Shown here: piece by piece, positions 51,305 to 61,669 of the stretch
Numbering within the stretch: the stretch's first letter is position 1
How the letters are laid out: the number at the start of each line of letters is the position of its first letter
Assembly (NCBI RefSeq): GCF_020745735.1
Contig: NC_083429.1
Coordinates: forward strand, 23,975,877 to 24,039,876
Origin: Hemiscyllium ocellatum
Taxonomy: Eukaryota
DNA length: 64,000 nt
Direction of reading: 5' to 3'
Translations under genes and position numbers: made by a program
The notes under the pieces: model-generated
Databases searched by the model: none
What the model saw: only the letters and a program-made list of their open reading frames with translations
Told to the model about the DNA's origin: nothing

Positions 51305-51790
51305 TCAGAGTCTCACAGTACAGAAATGGACCCTTCAGTCCAACCAGTCCATGCCAAACACAATCCCAAACTAAACTATTCCCACCTGCCTGCACTTTGG
51401 CCCATACCTCTCCAAACATTTCTTATTTATGTATTTATCTAAATATCTTTTGAATCTTGTAACTGTACCCACATCCACCATTTCCTCTGGAGGTTCATTC
51501 CACACATAAACCATTCTGTGTAAAAAAAAATGCCCCTCATGCCTTTTTTAAAATCTTTCTCCTCTCACCTTAAAAATATGTCTCGTGGTCTTGAAATCCC
51601 TCCTTAGGGAAGAGATACCCGCCATTCAACTTATCTAAACCCCTCATGATCTAAACCCCTCAATAAGGTCACTTCTCAACCTCTTGTGCTCTCGTGAAAA
51701 ACGCCCCAGCCTATCCATATAACCCTCCATTCCTGGCAACATTCTGGCAAATCTCTTCTGAACCCTCTCTTGTCCTTCCTATAACAGAGA
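51305..51790 (-). mobile_element. CR1 LINE 3' end
   Basis: Reverse-complement similarity to 45672-45985 and 7600-8008. Confidence 0.82.
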
Positions 51791-54094
51791 AATCATGTGA
51801 AATATTCCATCAAGCCTACCTGTATTGCATGAGAAGGAAGTAAGTGCAGACCTACAGGGCAAATGGCACGAGGTAAACTGCTCCTTCAGAGTGCAAGCAT
51901 GGACACAGTATGCCGAATGGCCTTTTTCTGTGCTGTAACCATTCTGTGATACCTTGTTTCCTGTCCTAACATATGCTCTGTGGTTCAGTGTTTGATAAAG
52001 CTCCCCTGAAGCATTTTCAGATATTTTACTAAGTTAAACTCACTATATAAAAACAAATGAATTGTGAAACCAAAGTGAGAAAGAATCACTCAACTCCCAC
52101 TCACAAAGAATAATGCTTGTCACTTAATAAACTTTACCATGCAAAGATTCAACACCAATAAAAAAATTAAGGAAGATCATAGAGAAAGTTATTACATTGC
52201 CATTATTTCACACACATGAAATAATTTGATTGGGGGTGTGGCATGACAATATTTCCTCAAACGGTGACTTAAGTCAGTTTTTCTTCTCTCGATATTTGAT
52301 TCAGGTCTATTTCCTGCTTTCTCTCACTCAGCATTATTGTTTGCTTCCAAAAAACAAGCAAATACAAAGTTACTTCAGCTAATTTTTTACCCTATGGCCA
52401 AAGATCCATTTTCCTTTCAATTTTCATTTGTGCAGACTGAGAGATTTATTATATAATAAAGAAGCAATATAAATGTAAATCACTGTTTGTGTTCCTAACC
52501 CGTAACAAGATTATTTGTAGATATTTTAGGTGGAATTCACAGACTGTTATTTTCAACTTCTTACCCAAAAGTGTAAGTGTTGACTGTGTGCTAAAACAGG
52601 TCAAGGTGAAACTTGAACTTCATTGTTACCTCTCCAGTTATAGGTAAGCAATCTCCTCAATAGGCTTTTTTCCTTATTTTGCAAAGTTTGCCATCTGTTC
52701 CTCAGCAATCTGCTGGTCATCGGTAACGTCATCTGAAAATGCATCATCAATTTCCACATGTACACAATTTTGCATGCCTCTAGCTATCATTTACTTTTAT
52801 TGATATTGTTACCTTCTCTAATCATTAGACTATTTATATGCTGACTATGTGAGCAGAAATTTCCTCCAGCTGAATATTGGGTAAACAAAAATATTGTCTT
52901 CAGTCCTCATCTGTAAATCTGTTCCTTTGTGACCAACTTTAACCCTCCTTCTGCCAATGGTCTGAGGCTGAGCCAGACTGCTTGCAATCTTGGTGTTACA
53001 TTCACTCTAAATTGAACTTCCTACCACATTTGTGCCCCATCACTAAGACTGCTTATGCTTGTTCAAAGATGTCATTATGCACTTCTAAAACAGACGGAAC
53101 TTGAACTCTGTCCTCCTGGCTTAAAGGTCAGGATGCTGCTACTGCATCACCAGAACTTGCTATGCCATAGCCCATGAATATTACACTTATGCATCTCACT
53201 GACTTAATTCAGCACAGATAGGCAACACCTTGGTTTTAGAATTCTCATCCTCGTTTTCAAATCCCTTCCCTATTACTGCAATCTCTTTCAGCCCTGGCCT
53301 TTTTACCCCTTAAGAATTGTACCTCACCAACTTTGGCTCCTTAAGCATCTGTAATTTTAAATGCTTCTCTGCTGGCAGCTTTAGCAGCTACGGCCCTAAA
53401 CACTGGGATTTCCTCTTAGTTTTCTTCCCTCTTTAACTTACCATTCCTTCTTCAATACATTGCTTAAAATTCAAAGTAAGCTTTTGATTATTTGCACAAA
53501 TATTTTTTTCTTATACGTGGCTCAGTGAAAAATCCTGCGAAACATCTTGGGAAATTTAATTACATTAAGATACTATGTAAATATACATTGCTTTTCTTCT
53601 GTTTAGGTTGGTTGTCCAATTCAGTATTTTGAGATAGATACAGTTACTGGACTTAGAACTTCTTGGCTTTGTCTACTCTGAAAGAGAAATGACCTACCTG
53701 GCAACTATTTATGGTATTTGTTGGCAGCTCCTTCCAAGTTAGAAATTACGTGACACATGGAAATTTACCGTGGAGGCACAGAGAAGGAAATTAAAACAGT
53801 AGCAATAACTTGATTCTGACTCTCTCACCACAGAGAGAAAAAAGAGCTGAAATATTCATACATTTTTAATTATGTTTCTTTAAAATATAATGCGTTGCAT
53901 CTCTGATGTTTTACTTCACCTATTAGGGAATTGAAAGCTGGGTGGCCCAATGCAAATTTGCACTATTCCTCAATGCCCCTCATCAGTTTGGAGGCTATGG
54001 GCTTTTAGGCATGCTCATGGGTCCCTTTATAAATCCCCAACTGATGAATATTAATATCTTTAGGGCAACAGGCGTCATGGCAATGGTTGATGGA

Positions 54095-54735
54095 CAGCGC
54101 TGCGGCCCAATCACAGTGACAAGGATGGTGGGATGGATGTATCTAGGGCGGGCCCCTCAAGCCCAGTCCCTGTTGGGGTGGAGGGGCGGGGCCAGCTGGA
54201 AAGGGTGGACCAAATGACACAATTGCACTTTCCACTCTCACCAATGCCCAAGATTGGTTCCAGGGGGCGGGGGCAGCGGGTGAAGGGGTTGGGTTAAATG
54301 GCACACTTTCTCATTCGCCCCAGCACCATCCACGTTTCTAATCGGGTAGGGGGCGGTCCCTGCGGGAAGGGATGGACTTAATGACACAATTGCTCCTTCT
54401 CCCGGCTCCAGCTGGGGTGGAGGGGGCGGGGCCATTTCACTGGCTAGGTCCAATGGGCGCGTGGGGCGGGGCGTGGGCGGGCGGTAGCGACCAATGGGAG
54501 GAGACGGGGCGGAGTGGAGGGGGTGGGGCCGGGGCGCGCTGACGTCATGGGGATGTATCGATGTGGGCGCGTGGCGGCGCGGCGGCGGTGTCAGTCTGAT
54601 GAAGATTGGCATGAAGGTAAGCTGTCATTCACAGGCAGAGTCACCGCGGTGCAACACTGTATCACGGGGCAATACAGTGTAACCAGCGGCGCACACGGAT
54701 ACATTGCGCACAGGAGCTCGCAGCTCGAGACACTT
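54095..54735 (+). promoter_or_regulatory. CpG-island promoter of a plus-strand gene, probably PKNOX2
   Basis: Dense CpG; several GGGGCGGGG GC boxes (~54182, 54264, 54423, 54462); CCAAT boxes (~54107, 54241, 54450, 54491); perfect CRE TGACGTCA at 54540-54547. TMEM218(-) and PKNOX2(+) are divergent neighbours in human (recalled). Confidence 0.85.
54550..54616 (+). other. PKNOX2: First exon (5' leader) ending at a strong donor AAG|gtaagc; probable PKNOX2 exon 1 (start approximate)
   Basis: Donor at 54616/54617. The end of the exon (gtgtcagtctgatgaagattggca) resembles the PKNOX1 leader as recalled, and synteny points to PKNOX2. No PKNOX coding exon is visible in the window. Confidence 0.6.
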
Positions 54736-57700
54736 CATTTCACTCATTGTCCCAGCCGGAAGAAAGGGCACAGCTTTATTTATCCATTGCTCTTACATCT
54801 CTCTCTCTCTCTCCCCCTCCGCCTTTCCATCTCTAATTTTTTTTCCCCTTTTCTGTCTACCCACCTCTTTCTTCTTTCCAGTTTTACAGCTGATGGGTGG
54901 GAAAGTAGCTGCATTGTTAAGCGATGAGCGGGGGAGTCTTTTCTGTGTGCGTCTGCAAATAGAATCTTTCCACATTAGCTGTCTGATCATTGTACTGTGT
55001 TGGGCGCCTCAATCTCAACTTCTCAACATTGTCGACTTTTCAACCGGGGAGCCACTGAGTGATGCATTTACAGAATGCATTAATCAGACTCCTGAAATGT
55101 TTTGTTTTGTAATCTTTTTGCAACCGATTCTGTTTTATACATTCTCCCTTCCACTTTCTGGATGCAAATAGGGAGGAGATTCCCATTCGCACTATCGGAA
55201 GAACCTTTTCGATGTTTTTTTTTCCTTTTTACGCTCTTCATCCCCCCCCCACATTCTTCCCCCCCCCCCATCTATTTGATACAACTGTTGACCTGATCTA
55301 ATTTCTTTCTGTGTCAAGAGGTAGTATTGATTAATAAGAGCATTTGATCAGTTATCTTTCAATACATTTCAGATTTTTTTTGCCAATCTTAATTAAGTTT
55401 GGTTTCGCAAAATTATTTTATTTTTTAAGCACAATAAGAGGGGGCGCTGGGTACTTCCGAGCAGAGTTTGAAGCTATGATATCTTTGCTCTGTGCTTGTA
55501 AATCACCAGTCAGATTTTCGAATGGATTTGAAATTGTATCGTTTCATACGTTTATGTGATGGAGTGAATTCAGGGGATGTTATTTTCTTGAAAAGTGCTT
55601 TTTTTTACCCTTTTTGATGTATCATCAGGAATGTTGCAACACATTTGTTACAAATTAATATTTGCTCTATATTCTGTTACTATGGAAATGAAGCAAGAGG
55701 AAATGGAACAACTTGCTTATCGGAGAACTTACATTGTAGATTTCAGAAACGGTTTATTTTGGCTGGCATACTCTTCTTAAATTCCACTTTTAGATGTGCC
55801 TCGTGAAATGCGTTTAAATGATTAATTAAAAGGAAATAAATCGATTTCAGTCTCCTCCTTGCAACCTCTGTGTATAAAGTCTCGCCATGCAGCTTCTAAT
55901 ATCTACTCGCCTCTAACATTCGGTACCTTTTTTTAGGGGAGGTGGGAGAGGAAGCTGCGAGCCGCTTGCAATCAAGCGTGGAGTTAATTTGCGAGCGCAA
56001 GCCCCAGTTGTTGACTTAAAGCGAAGATATTGTGAGGAATTTGTTTAGCAGTATCAATAAATTAGCATGCTTCCTCACAGAATCGGAGCCTCCGATCAGT
56101 AGGGCGATGGAGCTGACTGGACAACGGATGTGTTCGCTTCAGGCCAGTCCCACCAAACGCAGAACTAATTTGCTCAGAATTTCTATGTTGCTATTAGGGT
56201 TTTGCTGGGATCGCAGTGGCTCCTATGCAATGGGAGTGAACCAGAACGGCATAGTGGAATTCTGTGCAGGAAGCAGGTATGCAGTTAGAGAGCCGAAGCT
56301 TGATTGTTACATACAGTATACATGTTTTGACACCCTGCGCCCGTAGGTGTATCTGGGTATGTGTTCGATGTGAAATGGGGTGTACCTCCAGTTCAGGGCT
56401 TCAGTCACTGTTGGTGCACACAAAGTAGTATTTGTCATTTCAGCATTGTTTTCTATCTAGTTCTCTGATCCAACTCTCCCTCTTTAAAGGCTCAGAGCTC
56501 GTGCGAGAGCAAAACAGAAAGTCACAGCCAGGCAAGATGTTTATATCTGGAGTAAAAAAAAGTTGTATGATCAGGTTAGCTCTGATCATGTAGCCTTGAC
56601 ATGTTGAACTTTTTTTTATTTGCAGTGCTATTGTCAAAGGAAACTTTGCATAAAATATAAATGTGTTGCATTTTGCTAACCTGTTTTAAATTGGAGGCTC
56701 CCAGCTAAAATTAAAAAGGCAAGCATACAGTCAATAACTTTGCTTTCAAATCATTCACCTCCTTAAGGAGATTAGTGTCTACTTCACGGTTTTATTGCAT
56801 GATCTTTTGCGTGGAAATAACCAATTTCCAAATCCAAACTTGCTTGTGTGCTGGCTGGGGAAGGAGAGGCACCACAAGACATTATCATTGGTGTTCCCAA
56901 TTCTTTGCTGTTTCATTTCCTGTTTTCTTCAAGATGATGTGAAGTGTGTGCAGAAATCTGGAGGAGGAATCACTAGCTGGATTACTGAACTATTTATAGG
57001 TAGGGATTGGGGGAGGGTATATGTCTCATCTTGCAGAGTGCATGTGTATTGCCACCCACTCTGCAACTGTGTAGAGCTAAATACCCCTCCAATAATAGAA
57101 TGCAAAATTCAACGTGTTTCTGAGAGACAGCTTTCACTGAGGAAATTTTGGAGAAATGCTAACTAATTCATCGTGTTGAATTTTTGGAGTTTTGGTTTGG
57201 TTTTGCAAGTGAGCAGAGGGCATGGGGATAGCATCCTGGAGTGAGGTAAAGCTGCAAATACAAGGGAACTGAATGAGTCCAAACAGTTGGATTGAGATTG
57301 TTACAGAAGCACACCCTCTGTCAATGACCAGCACTCGTGATCTCCATGGGCTCGTGTGTGCCATCAACTTTAGGCTCATCTTCCTGCAATACTGTAAAGG
57401 TGGTTGGACCTCAATTTTTTAAAGTGGTTTATATATAGAATACCAAAAACTCTTATCAAATACCTGTATCCTTGAAATTAGTGAAGATGAATCGCATTCC
57501 TGTATCAGAGGAGAAAATAGATGAGACACAAGGCTAATTAGAGTAGAAGGATCATTAATCGCATTGGAAGGAGCTTGTATGGAGTATGTATACAGGTACA
57601 GAACCATTAGGCCTTGTCATTTTCTGTACTATAAATATTGTACTATGTAAAATACCTGAAATTCTGTAGTGTGGAAATAATGCCTCATTTATTTTCAATA

Positions 57701-59904
57701 TAACTTTTCATTCAATATTCTCTTTTACACATTTAGAAAAATATATGGTTTAGCTGCAGCCACAGACACATGTAGTGCAATTTCTGCAACAGCTGCTGTT
57801 TTATGCTGTAGTCAATAATATTTTCACTCTTTATTTTCTCTTTGTGCAGTTCAATCTGAAACCAGCAAAATAAATGTTCACTGTTAAAATGTGAAAGTTC
57901 AGACTAACTTACTTTTATTAATATGTTGTGTTAATGATCATTTCAGTCAAGAATATTCAGGAGCTTAAGGCCAAGTCTTGATGATAAATGTGAGCCATGA
58001 GATTTTTTGTTTTGTATTGCTGAAAATGTTTTGGAAATTCTTTGATTTCTGCCGTTTATTGAACATTGTTCCTTCACTCATATATCCCAGTAGCTGGGCA
58101 GTATAGCTTGTGATTTTTGATTCCTTTCTTGCTTGTTAACGTCAGAGATATTATTGCCCTGTGTAATTTTGAAATCCTGCCCAGGTTGAATTGTGCTTGG
58201 CTTTCACTGTTATCTAAGTGAATATGGTACTGCAGAGTAACTTGTCCTTCTCCAAAGGTTACGCCAGCTGGCCAGCAAAGTACTGGTGGATCTTTTGTCA
58301 CTTCTACTTCCACCTTTCCAGTCTGTTTTGCAAAACAGTAACTCTGTGTGGCACATTCTATCAATGATTTAGTCTTTGAGTTGTGCAGTTATTGTGTGTA
58401 ATGCAATTTTTCAGCATTGGTGGGCACTGCATATTTAACAGAGAAGTTCCATTAAAATCTTAATCCAATAGGTACTTTGTTTTGAAGATATCATTCAAGA
58501 TTCATAGCATTTGAACTGTATTAGTACCTGTGTAATGAAATTAAATGTGTTTTTACAGGCTGATTGTCCTGCCTGAATTTGAAGGATGTTTACAGATTTA
58601 GTCTTGTGTGAATCTGAAACAGATTGAATGTTAAATCAATTAATGTTTAGTAAGAAGCACACTCTCTGTTCTCATATGATTTTTATTTGTTTTGTTAACC
58701 TGTAAGCTGCTAGCAGGTCCGTCAAATTCGACTTTCCATGGAAAGTAGGAACAGAATTAGGTCATTCATCCCCTTGAGTCTGTTTAACAATTCAGTGGAA
58801 TCACGGCTGATCAGGATCTTAACTCCATGTTCTTCTTACCTTTTTCCTCAAACACATTATGCTGATCTTAACCTGGGGTACTCCATTTGCCCCAGTATCC
58901 CACAACCTTTCTTTGTGGGAGGAGGTGGTTGCGTGATCTGGATTTCCACTCATTTGTGTGTATGTGTGCGTGTGTAAAATAGGCTTTTAGATTTCATTCC
59001 GGAATGCTCTTGCACTGGTTTACCTGTTTGGAATTTCCTTGGTCTTGGGTTCACTGTTTCAGTTTTTGAGGTTCAGCAGTGAGCTCTAATTTTCAGTTAA
59101 GTCTAATTACATTTTTGGTATATGTGTCATTGTGAAGACTGAAAATTAAACAGCTTCAAATATTTAACCTTCTTTTTCCCCTTGTAGCTTTGCTTGTTTT
59201 TTTCTTCTATAATCCAGGCTTTTTGAGATTCATGGCAATTGGTTTCCCTCAGGTACTGGCCCTAACGAGAATATCTAGTGAGAGAGAGTCCGATCTGTTT
59301 ACGATCTGTCCACACCACTAAATAGTTTGCATACAGTTTATAAGGGAAAGGTGTCAGCAGCGATTTTCAAATTTACTTTTAAAAGAAAGCATTGCGCAAT
59401 GGGCTTTTGAGTAATTGTTTAATGCTGATGAGGAGGAGAGGAGCCATTGAATCTGAAGTAGCACAACACAACCTAGAGAACTGGAGGGCTGATCTTGAGT
59501 AGAACAAAACTGGTTCTAACAAACACTTGTCCATTCTAAGCAGTTTGGCGTAAGTAACACTTGAGCACAGGACAGACAGTTGAATACCTCCAGGTTGTGA
59601 ATCCAAGACCGTTGGTAGTATTGTTGTGACCGATGGGTAGACTGGAGAGTAGAGGGAGGAATTCTAAAATGGAAATCAGAATGCTGGTAGTCCATCTGTA
59701 ACTTGTGACCAGTCAAATTTATTTTACCTATTTGATCATGACTTAAAGCAGCCTTTGTGTGTTTTACAAGTGATTGGAACATTGTGCCTTTGTTACAGTG
59801 ACTGATATTTCAGTCCTCAACAACTTAAGACTGACATAAGATGTGTGGTAAATTAAGCCAAGTTTTCTGACTCAGTTCTTTGTTAGCATCAGAAAAAAAA
59901 CGCT

Positions 59905-60282
59905 AGAATGAAGTGGAGTTGGTAGCATAGTGGAGCTGCCATGGATAATGATCTAGAATCTCAGGCCAATGCTCCAGGAACATGGGTTCGGATTCTACTA
60001 TGAAAGATGGCACAATTTTTGAATTCAGTAACTATCTGAAATGAAGAGTTGGCCGAATGATGACCATGTCACCATTGTTGATTAGTTCATCAGATTTTAT
60101 TTTAAAACTATAATGTCCATTTTTAGGAAAGGAAATCTGCTGTCCCTGCCTAGTCTGGCCGAGATGTGACTCCAGACCCTAAGCAATGTCATTGACTCTT
60201 AATTGCCGTCTGAACAATTGGGATTGAACAATAAATGGTGGCCTAGCTGGTGATGCCCACATCCTGTGAATAAATTAAAAGA
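59905..60282 (+). mobile_element. Old tRNA-derived SINE whose tail matches the LINE at 4530-5620
   Basis: A-box-like ggtagcatagtgg, B box gggttcggattct; tail caataaatggtggcc..cccacatcctgtgaataaattaaaa. Confidence 0.65.
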
Positions 60283-61669
60283 AAAATTCCTTGATTTCTT
60301 TTTGGCAACAACACTCCAGCAATTTAGTTATAATAAAGTACAGGGTAAATCCTTTAAAATAGATCCAGGATTTAAGGTCAAGAGATATTTGCTATATTAA
60401 AAAATAGGATGGAGAATAAATTTACGTCTTTGTATTGTTGATGGGTAAATTCCATTCAACCTGACCACCTTCAGTCCCCATGTTGTTGTGAAACTGGGCA
60501 GTGACTATTCATGAAGGCATGTCACTATGAAATACCATTGTTTAACTTTGCCATTAATCTGTTCAAAATAAATGTTACAATTAGTAGATAAAAGCATTCC
60601 TGGTGAGCATTTTGAGAGTCTGTATGTTGATATTCATAGGGCCCAATTTCGGGCCATTGGTCTTTAAGATTGGAACTTTAAAGGTATATGTCCAAGCCCA
60701 TTGAAACAGCTGTCTGTGGCATTTAATACCTAGTGACCACTTGAGTTTAGACAGTGATTGCAGGTAGATTATTTTATTATGGAGTAATTATAGTTGAACC
60801 CAATCCTGTTTATGCTGAGCATCTGGGCTCGGTCATTGGACAGTGATCTGTTCAAAATCTTTTTTTAAAGATGATCACTGCACCTTTGACACCTCTCCTT
60901 GCACTGCATTGGCTTGCCATCCTAGATTCGGTGCTCTGGTATGGAGTACCACATGAGCTGCCAGTTTTTTGAACTCCAATTTGAGAATAAATGGCATCAG
61001 TTGCAGCAATGCTCAGCTACATATTGTGGTTAAATATGTAAATGCTGAGTACGCCGTTTACTGAGCATCTAATCTAGTCTATAACTGACCTTGCTTAGAT
61101 GAACAGCATGCTCTCTAAATGTTAGGTGTTCAACGTAGTTAGATACAAATATAGTTTTAAACACTTCAAGGCCAGTTATAGAATAGATTAGGTACAGAGT
61201 GATATTCCAAGTTTAGTATTTGTTATTCTTGCAGAAGAGCAGAGAAGTTCTCCCTCAACTTCTGGGCGAAACCTACCCTTTAACTTGCACCAATAAAAGG
61301 TTTATCTAGCCACTATCTAACCACTGTTTGTGGAAACTTGCTGAATGCAAATTGGCTGTGACATTTCTTGCGTTGCAAAATGATTACACTTCCAAAATGT
61401 TGGACGTAAAAGTTTTTAAGAAACCAGAGATCAGGAATGTGCTACCTAAATGTAAGTCCATTCATTTTGTGGAGTGTGTATCTGGTTAAAGGTCCGAATT
61501 ATATCTGGCATAAGTGAAATATAAGAAGGCTTCCTTGTGCCAGGAGTTTCATTGCATCTCATTCCAGTACCTGATAGGAATATGATTCCAAATTCAGACG
61601 ACAGTTACATTCTAACTGTAACATTAGTGTAAAATGGAACAGCATCATCGATTCCTGGTGTGAATCATT

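Noticed and set aside
53942-55296. Overlapping ORFs across the CpG island
   Set aside because: They have no recognisable protein, are expected in GC-rich promoter DNA, and several cross the splice donor.
59218-59252. Small candidate 5'-UTR exon (ccag|...CAG|gtactg)
   Set aside because: The donor is weak and there is no independent support without transcript data.
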